Below are positions 57,195-64,000 of a stretch of DNA of 64,000 nucleotides, one piece after another. The stretch comes from an uncultured virus (IMG/VR IMGVR_UViG_3300010357_000155) (Duplodnaviria > Heunggongvirae > Uroviricota > Caudoviricetes), in IMG/VR virus record IMGVR_UViG_3300010357_000155; one strand, written 5' to 3'. The notes under the pieces are model-generated. The model searched no databases, had not been told where the DNA came from, and was given only the letters and a program-made list of their open reading frames with translations. Both the position numbers and the translations under genes were made by a program. Every line of letters begins with the position of its first letter. The first letter of the stretch is position 1.

Positions 57195-58220
57195 TTATAC
57201 GCCTCGTGGTGAATGTAAATAGCTAGTGAGGATAGCCATAACTTCATTAAACTTGTCGTCAACGTAGGCTTTAGTGACAGGATCAAGTGTTATTTGTGTA
57301 AAATCAGTTTGTAACTGATTAAACTGTAGCTGAAGATTTTGTTGAATATTATCAACATACTGTTTTGTAGTAGCGTGTGACGATTGGACTGGTGACTGAT
57401 TTAAACTCAGTGGACCAATCATGGTGTCACCACCTTTGTTTAATTTAAGATTATCTTGTTGATTAACATATGAAGTTAAAGCATAGTTAGATAACATTGA
57501 AGTTATCTCAGAATTATTAATTAGCAAACCATCGACATATTGCTTAGTTGCAGCATGTAAAGGATCTAACGGATTATTGGCAAGAGTCAAGGGACCAGTC
57601 ATGGTATCGCCTGACTTCTTAATATAAGAAGATAAAGAACCTGTGTTAAGCAGTTGGAAGAAGTTATTAATTTCTTGTTGTGTTAATGACGAGTTCGTAA
57701 TAATAGCATCACGAATTTCACCAAGCTTAGTTACAAGTTCTGCTTGACCGAAGAACTGATCATAATCTTGATAGTGCGGAGACGGAGGTAATGAATTAGG
57801 AACATTAGTTAAAATATCCCAAATGGTTGTTCTAGGGTTATAAGCTTTATCAGCAAGAGTTGTAAGAACAACTAACCTGTCAGCAATCTGATCACCACCG
57901 ATTGTCTGGTAGTTCATTTTCAGAACACCATTCAAATTTAAGTTATGGAGCGTTACAGCACCATACATTGCTTTACCCGTGACACGAGTGCCAGTGACAT
58001 ATTGCAGTGCGAATGAATAATCAACATCCTCAACCAGAGGTGTAGTGATACCGTTAATAGAAATAGATAATGAGAAATTGTCAACAAAGAAAGGTGCAAA
58101 GTTAGGAACTAAGAAATAGTAGTCCTTAAAATGCGCCTCGTTTACAGTATGAAGTTCATTTTCAATTAGGTTAGCCGGATTGTTACCCGACATATCTAAA
58201 GGATATGTAACAGTTGGCAT
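57195..58220 (-). CDS. Virion structural protein, fibre-anchor family, with two GDTMxG…TKQYVD repeats
   Basis: YPLD.SG.NP.N.I.NE.H…APFF…YQTIGG…W…P.PH; paralog of 47794-48882. Confidence 0.72.
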   Translation of the reverse strand: MPTVTYPLDMSGNNPANLIENELHTVNEAHFKDYYFLVPNFAPFFVDNFSLSISINGITTPLVEDVDYSFALQYVTGTRVTGKAMYGAVTLHNLNLNGVLKMNYQTIGGDQIADRLVVLTTLADKAYNPRTTIWDILTNVPNSLPPSPHYQDYDQFFGQAELVTKLGEIRDAIITNSSLTQQEINNFFQLLNTGSLSSYIKKSGDTMTGPLTLANNPLDPLHAATKQYVDGLLINNSEITSMLSNYALTSYVNQQDNLKLNKGGDTMIGPLSLNQSPVQSSHATTKQYVDNIQQNLQLQFNQLQTDFTQITLDPVTKAYVDDKFNEVMAILTSYLHSPRGV

Positions 58221-58253
58221 GTCGTGTCCTTTTTAAGTAAATCAAAAAATTCA

Positions 58254-58281
58254 CTACCAGTGGGTGTTACCCCACTGGTAG
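58254..58281 (-). terminator. Terminator after vRNAP beta
   Basis: CTACCAGTGGG-tgttac-CCCACTGGTAG. Confidence 0.7.
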
Positions 58282-58287
58282 AAACTT

Positions 58288-61200
58288 TTATTTGCCGAAA
58301 TATATATCTGCTACTTGTTTAGAAACATGCTTAAGCAGCCTGTTTGTAGTACCAATCATGATAGGTGATGTCACAATACGATTAAGCATGCCTCGATAAC
58401 TAAAGACAGCATCGATACGTTCACCACCTTCTGACATAATTGTATTTGTATAAACGTCAGAAATAACTGATTTCATCTGATTAGCAAACACACCTTTGTC
58501 ACCAATAGCCTGTGTTAACCGAACACGGATATAAACTTTAAGTTCTAATGTATCAAGGTTAAGATTCTTTCCACTGACTCGATATTCAGAACTAACTTTA
58601 CCAACGGAATTTTCAACATCTGTTCCTTTGGATTCCTCATACAGTTCTTTATCTAAATAAGAAGCCAATTTACGTAAACTTGGTGACATATCTGACAGTT
58701 CACCGTTATATCTTATTTCATATTTATCGACTACACCTTTAACTTTTGCTTTAGGTGCAAGAGAAGCTAGATTTTGAAGCATCTCAATTGTTGATTCAGA
58801 AAGATTATTGTAATCTGTATTCTCATCCAGCACAGTAAATAGAACATCGTTAGGTTCAACATTTGTTCCTTTAGAGACTAAACCAGTAATAATTTTATTA
58901 AAATCAATAATGAAAGATTTCTCTTTTACAATTGTGGTAGCCATATCTTCACTGAGTTGAGTTGAGATTGCTGAAGAGTCTTCAAACACTTCATTGGTCA
59001 TCATCAAAGCTACAGTAACAGTTCTACCAAATTTCATAACAAGTTTTGTTGGATCTAACCAATCAGGTTCAAAGAACCCTGTGTTATAAACCAAGTAATC
59101 ACTCTTCTTGAATTTATTGCCAGTTTGAAGTCTGGTAACTAATTCATGAGGATAAACAGAACCTTCCATACGTCCGTATCTGTTACCTAATTGGATGCTT
59201 TCAGTTGTTCCATCTTTGTACTTAACTGTTAACAATTTATCATTTTTAGCAATAACTGAACCATCTTGTTGTGCAATAGTACAGTAAAGCTTGCCAACCT
59301 TAAATGGCATTAAATATTCATAACCAGTTCTAAGCAACGGTTGCTGATAACCTTCGGACATGATTGTATGTCCATTTTGAATATTTACAAAGTTGATCCG
59401 TTTAGGATCGTCTTGATCTGAACCAGGTGAAAGCATAACCGAGGTTGAGAACAATTTAGATTTATTTGTAAGATGATCATTGTTATCCATGTCAATCAAA
59501 CCACGGACATCTTTGAATCTTGCATACGGTGTAAGGTATGTATTAAGTGCAACGTCACCAGAGTCGATGGTTGCTTCAGATACAAACCCAATATCATTTT
59601 CATGATAACGTCTCATGTACATTGGAGTGGCATCTTTGTTAAGACCATCCATACCTGAGAAAGTGATTGCTTCAATTTCCTTTGTATCAGTGATCGGATT
59701 ATTATCTTCAGTTATCTTAACGGTGTTATCTTGAGTGACGTAGTTCCACACTTTGTACGGATCAAGTTCAATCTTGGATTTACTACCACCCTTAAACTTA
59801 TAGGCTCTAATACTTTCTGACAAAGCACGATACATCAACCCAGGCATTCTATCGTAACCACGGATGCGAGAGTACTTAGGATCGTTAATATCAGGGTAAG
59901 CAAAGTCCTTTAACATTTCGTTAGCTCTAAATAAAAGCTTAAAGAAATCTGTAGGTTCTTTCATACTTGCAAGAACATCGATTGTAATCGGGTCAAGGAA
60001 GAGTTCCTCGAGAAGATTAATTTCCTTAATATGGATCAGGGAAAGATTACGATGCTCGAACAAGGCTAAATAAATTTCTTTATAGTCAAAGTCTTTCAAC
60101 TCGTGTTGTTTAATAACATCTTTAAAATAGAAGAACCCATTAAACAGAAGGAAGTCTTCAGGTTTGGTTGGTTCAATGATTAACTTATAGTCGTTAAACT
60201 TAAGAACAATTTCATTCTTAGTTGGTTTGTATTGTTTATTTGATTCGAGTAATTGATGCTTAACACCAGTGACTGAAATCAAATTAGAGATACCTAAGTA
60301 ATAAGCCATAACAACGCCTAACGGAATACCGTCACCTAGGATGTTTATCATGGTGAAAGATTTAGGAACCTTCGTTCTATCCATTTCTAATAGATCGACT
60401 AAGTCACCCATCTCTTCCATATTCTTAGAGTAGTTAAAGATATTATCTTGATAATCAGTTGCTAGAATATTCTTAGACTTATCATAACCAATGAAAACTA
60501 GATCCTTAGCTGCAAGATCTTTGATAACTTTTTCATCGATATAGTTAGTCATCTGTCTATAGTTAAACAGGAACTTGTACTTATCTGTTTCAACGGTGTC
60601 AAAGTTCATTGACATGTTGCTATACATGTTAGGTAGCTGAATCAAATTGGAATAAAAGTTACCAGGTTTGATTTTAACAATGTTACTGTCACCGGCAATA
60701 TAGGTTTCTTTAATATGATCAACGATATGTGAATAACTATCGAAACTCTTACGTTCAGTTCTAAATACAAACAGTTTACTATAGTTACTTGTTAAAGCAA
60801 CACGAGTAGGAGATATTTTACGAATAGGAAGATCAGTTCTTTGCTTACGCATTCTGTATCGAATACCTGACGCAGTGAACTCACCTTCGGAATCAATCTT
60901 CGGCAATCTGAAATAAACAGTTGACTCTTTACCATGCAAAGGTTTCAGTGTTAACTTATGAACTTCATAGTTACCTAAAATAGATGAATTGTTTTCAACC
61001 GTATAGTCTTTAATAATAACACCAGCCTTTTCGATATTCGTCACACAAGCAGCGATATCTTTATGCAGAACTGTTGTAAGGTATTTCTTATCAAGATTAA
61101 GAACAACTTCTTTCTTTAAGTCATCTGCGATTAATGTGTTATCAATATCTAGATTCGTGTCTTCCTTAGTCAGTTTTGTTTGACCAGGTATAATTTGTTT

Positions 61201-62643
61201 ATAATTATCTATAGTTGTATTAGGATCGTAAGGAGACTTAAGTTGTTGTCTTGTCTCAAAAGTCTTCCTTAGTGTTCTGATTTCTTGCGAAGTCAAAAGC
61301 TTAAATTCTAATACTTCTTTTAAATAGTTATCGAATTTATTTTGTAAGGTTTTATCTTTAAGGATAGTTTCAATATGGTCAGGATCATTATTGATAACAA
61401 TAGGAGACTGGGTTTGTTCTTCTGTTTCAGAATCAAGTTGAAGAATAGAGTCCTCAAAAATACGATCTGTTTCAGATGCATCGATTGTTGAAAGCTCATC
61501 ATCTAAAAGTTGATTTAAATTTGTGATATTAATATCGACAGCACTATTAATTCGATCATCAAATACTTTATCATTTTTATTTAACGGTGCAACCTTGGTT
61601 CCAGGTATAATAGAATCTGGTGTCGGGAAACTATCCATCTTATCACTATCATGAGTGATGTCAAAGTCCTGTTCATGCTCTTCATCATCTTCATGTTTAA
61701 TTTGATCACCACGTATTTCTGGTGTATCATCTGTTAATACAACCTTTTCACCTTCTTCATTTATTTCAAGTAAGGCATTTATTTTATTTTGAATTTTATA
61801 AAGTGTTAGAATAAGTAATTTCTGAGCTTTAGCATTAGAAATCTTTGATGTATTTTCTAACTTAGATTCTTCACAGATACTGCGAATAACATAGAGCGGT
61901 AAAAATGAACTATAACCTTTGTAAGATAATTCAATAATAATTCGTTTAGAATCTTCATCTGTGATATTCTTTAAAGTAGATCCTTGACGTGTTGTCTCAA
62001 GTAACCATCTGTAAAGATCTAGAATTTGTGCTAGTCTGTTATCATTAACAATTCTTGCAAATTTAATAGGGTTAAACTTTAAAAGAACATTGATAACATT
62101 AACATTAGGGATAACGTTAGGTAATTCAATTTTAACAAACTGATAGGATTCATTTTCTTTATTAATAGCTTCTTTAATATAATACCAATATGTACCATAA
62201 AGGTTTTGATATTTATAATGAGAAGAAAGTAAAGATCCTTTATATTTGTAAAGATCTTTTAAAATGTTATAATTATAAACAGCAATTAAGTTAACATCTT
62301 GATTAGGTATTTCGAGAAGATTAACATTCTTGAAATCACGATTATTTTCTTGCATCCATTTACGGACTTCTTGTCCTGCCATTTTATTCAGCAGCGTTGA
62401 CGTTTCTTCTTTTGAAATAAGATCGACAATATTGAAAACAGGAATTTTTTTATTCTTAAGGATGTTGTTAAAATAAACAAGATCCCTTGTCGGAAAATGA
62501 TTATCAAAAGCATTTTCTAGGTAATGAATAATAGATAATCTTGGAAGACTAATCTCTTCTTGTTTAATAACCGCTGGATTAAGTAAGTAAATAGGGCTTC
62601 TTATAGCTTCTTTTAAAAGAAACTGATTGAACATTAAAAGCAT
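58288..62643 (-). CDS. rpoB: Virion RNA polymerase beta subunit (phiKZ gp178-like)
   Basis: RKQR.DLPIRK…ALTS.Y.K, SEATIDSGDV, DDPKR.NF..IQ.GH, EDSSAIS, GDK.VFANQMKSV. Confidence 0.9.
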   Translation of the reverse strand: MLLMFNQFLLKEAIRSPIYLLNPAVIKQEEISLPRLSIIHYLENAFDNHFPTRDLVYFNNILKNKKIPVFNIVDLISKEETSTLLNKMAGQEVRKWMQENNRDFKNVNLLEIPNQDVNLIAVYNYNILKDLYKYKGSLLSSHYKYQNLYGTYWYYIKEAINKENESYQFVKIELPNVIPNVNVINVLLKFNPIKFARIVNDNRLAQILDLYRWLLETTRQGSTLKNITDEDSKRIIIELSYKGYSSFLPLYVIRSICEESKLENTSKISNAKAQKLLILTLYKIQNKINALLEINEEGEKVVLTDDTPEIRGDQIKHEDDEEHEQDFDITHDSDKMDSFPTPDSIIPGTKVAPLNKNDKVFDDRINSAVDINITNLNQLLDDELSTIDASETDRIFEDSILQLDSETEEQTQSPIVINNDPDHIETILKDKTLQNKFDNYLKEVLEFKLLTSQEIRTLRKTFETRQQLKSPYDPNTTIDNYKQIIPGQTKLTKEDTNLDIDNTLIADDLKKEVVLNLDKKYLTTVLHKDIAACVTNIEKAGVIIKDYTVENNSSILGNYEVHKLTLKPLHGKESTVYFRLPKIDSEGEFTASGIRYRMRKQRTDLPIRKISPTRVALTSNYSKLFVFRTERKSFDSYSHIVDHIKETYIAGDSNIVKIKPGNFYSNLIQLPNMYSNMSMNFDTVETDKYKFLFNYRQMTNYIDEKVIKDLAAKDLVFIGYDKSKNILATDYQDNIFNYSKNMEEMGDLVDLLEMDRTKVPKSFTMINILGDGIPLGVVMAYYLGISNLISVTGVKHQLLESNKQYKPTKNEIVLKFNDYKLIIEPTKPEDFLLFNGFFYFKDVIKQHELKDFDYKEIYLALFEHRNLSLIHIKEINLLEELFLDPITIDVLASMKEPTDFFKLLFRANEMLKDFAYPDINDPKYSRIRGYDRMPGLMYRALSESIRAYKFKGGSKSKIELDPYKVWNYVTQDNTVKITEDNNPITDTKEIEAITFSGMDGLNKDATPMYMRRYHENDIGFVSEATIDSGDVALNTYLTPYARFKDVRGLIDMDNNDHLTNKSKLFSTSVMLSPGSDQDDPKRINFVNIQNGHTIMSEGYQQPLLRTGYEYLMPFKVGKLYCTIAQQDGSVIAKNDKLLTVKYKDGTTESIQLGNRYGRMEGSVYPHELVTRLQTGNKFKKSDYLVYNTGFFEPDWLDPTKLVMKFGRTVTVALMMTNEVFEDSSAISTQLSEDMATTIVKEKSFIIDFNKIITGLVSKGTNVEPNDVLFTVLDENTDYNNLSESTIEMLQNLASLAPKAKVKGVVDKYEIRYNGELSDMSPSLRKLASYLDKELYEESKGTDVENSVGKVSSEYRVSGKNLNLDTLELKVYIRVRLTQAIGDKGVFANQMKSVISDVYTNTIMSEGGERIDAVFSYRGMLNRIVTSPIMIGTTNRLLKHVSKQVADIYFGK

Positions 62644-62754
62644 GTTTTTGTCCTTGATGGATGATCACAAAATTCAATCTTGTTTGTTTTTTAATTTAGG
62701 TCTTTGAAGACAAGAATTCTGTGAACCATATTCTAGGCTAACTAAGGAGCTATT

Positions 62755-64000
62755 ATGAGAGTTAACATGGGTAGAAAAGGTACGTCTTCTTCTTCTTTAA
62801 GTGCCAATGGCGGCGCAATGCTCGGACCACTGATCCTTGCTAACGGTCCATCGCAACCTTTAGAAGCTGCTACTAAATACTACGTTGATACTGTTTTTTC
62901 CAGCTTGAATGCTAATAATGTTCTTGGTGGAGTTTTACCTATTTCTAGTTTACCTGCATTTACAGGTGATGTCACATCTAGTCAAGGAAGTAATTTCCTC
63001 ACTTTAACTAATCTTGGTGTCACACCAGGAAGTTATGCTAAAGTTATTGTTGATACCAAAGGACGTATTACTGGTAATGATATTTTAGTAGGGTCAGATA
63101 TACCTAATTTTGATTGGAATAAAGTAACTGGTAAGCCAAATACTCTTTCTGGTTATGGTGTTACCGATGCTTTATCAACAGCAGGTGATGCTCTAACAGG
63201 ATATCTATCTGTCTCAAACCCTACACAAGCAATGAGTGTAATTAATAAGCAGTATGTTGATTCTGCTCTGAACAATAACACCTCAGTTGTAGGCGATATT
63301 ATTCGTAAGTCTTACGCCACAACACCGTCTGGTTTCTTACGTTGTAATGGTGGAGAGATTGATAAAATTATTTACGCTGATCTTTATTCTGTTATTGGTG
63401 ATAATTTCAGTGTAACTTCTTTAGCAGGTTCTGGTAAACCTTGGCAACAACAGTATCAGATCAATACCACACAAACTGGCGACATCACTGGTTGGGTTGC
63501 CGGAACTGCTTTGCCTGGTATTTTAACTGAATCTTCTGTCATTGTAACAAAGAACCGTGTATATTTGCTTGGTGGTATAAATGATGCGGCTTCGGTATCT
63601 ACTGTTTATACTGCTTCTATCAACAGTGATGGTACGTTAGGATCATGGACAACCGGAACAGCGTTACCAAGTGTTGTATCTTATTCACAAGCAGTTGTTA
63701 TTAAAAATAGAGTTTATATTTGTGGCGGTTATATTGCTGGTGGTGCCGCTCTTGCAAGTGTCTATACAGCTGCTATTAACAGTGATGGTACTTTAGGTGC
63801 TTGGAGTGTAGGTCCTGTGTTGCCTGGTGTATCTGTGGCAAGTTCTGTTCTAGTGACAAAAACTAAAGTTTACTTGTTAGGTGGGTCTGACGGTACAACA
63901 AATTACTCTACTGTTTATATGGCTACTATCAATAGTGATGGTACTATAGATGCTTGGACCACTGGAACAGATTTACCAGTAAACTTATCTTACTCTTCTG
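62755..64000 (+). CDS. Kelch-propeller fibre paralog 3 (partial, runs off the window; absent from the ORF track)
   Basis: AAGGAG RBS; MRVNMGRKG…LEAATKYYVD…VDTKGRI…GDIIRKSYATTPSGFLRCNG…LYSVIG…GSGKPWQQQYQIN…VTKNRVYLLGG. Confidence 0.8.
   Translation, partial: MRVNMGRKGTSSSSLSANGGAMLGPLILANGPSQPLEAATKYYVDTVFSSLNANNVLGGVLPISSLPAFTGDVTSSQGSNFLTLTNLGVTPGSYAKVIVDTKGRITGNDILVGSDIPNFDWNKVTGKPNTLSGYGVTDALSTAGDALTGYLSVSNPTQAMSVINKQYVDSALNNNTSVVGDIIRKSYATTPSGFLRCNGGEIDKIIYADLYSVIGDNFSVTSLAGSGKPWQQQYQINTTQTGDITGWVAGTALPGILTESSVIVTKNRVYLLGGINDAASVSTVYTASINSDGTLGSWTTGTALPSVVSYSQAVVIKNRVYICGGYIAGGAALASVYTAAINSDGTLGAWSVGPVLPGVSVASSVLVTKTKVYLLGGSDGTTNYSTVYMATINSDGTIDAWTTGTDLPVNLSYSS

Overview
AT-rich segment of a phiKZ-like, probably nucleus-forming (Chimalliviridae-type) jumbo phage genome in the standard genetic code. 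It has one scaffold gap (N, 36596-37139). Core genes, assigned from motifs and synteny without database searches, are: SbcC and SbcD, prohead protease, tail tube and sheath with two divergent structural genes, dNMP kinase, ATP-dependent ligase plus NADAR, DnaB, an SF2 helicase, the non-virion RNAP block (beta'-C, beta-C, gp70-like, PicA-like, gp68-like, ChmC-like) and the virion RNAP beta subunit. Accessory content is two tRNAs, three free-standing homing-type endonucleases, lysis genes and many small early genes. Most notable: (1) three paralogous fibre proteins in which tandem 6-bladed Kelch propellers are inserted inside a split tail-collar domain, sharing building blocks with a 1780-aa repeat fibre; (2) a tRNA-Ser with the rare anticodon ACT; (3) a Met/Gln/Asn/Pro-rich prion-like tail on the protein next to the PicA-like gene; (4) a fixed-spacing early promoter motif with cassette-like repeats; (5) an IS110-like gene stub fused to an HNH-type gene; (6) three frame-disrupted genes.
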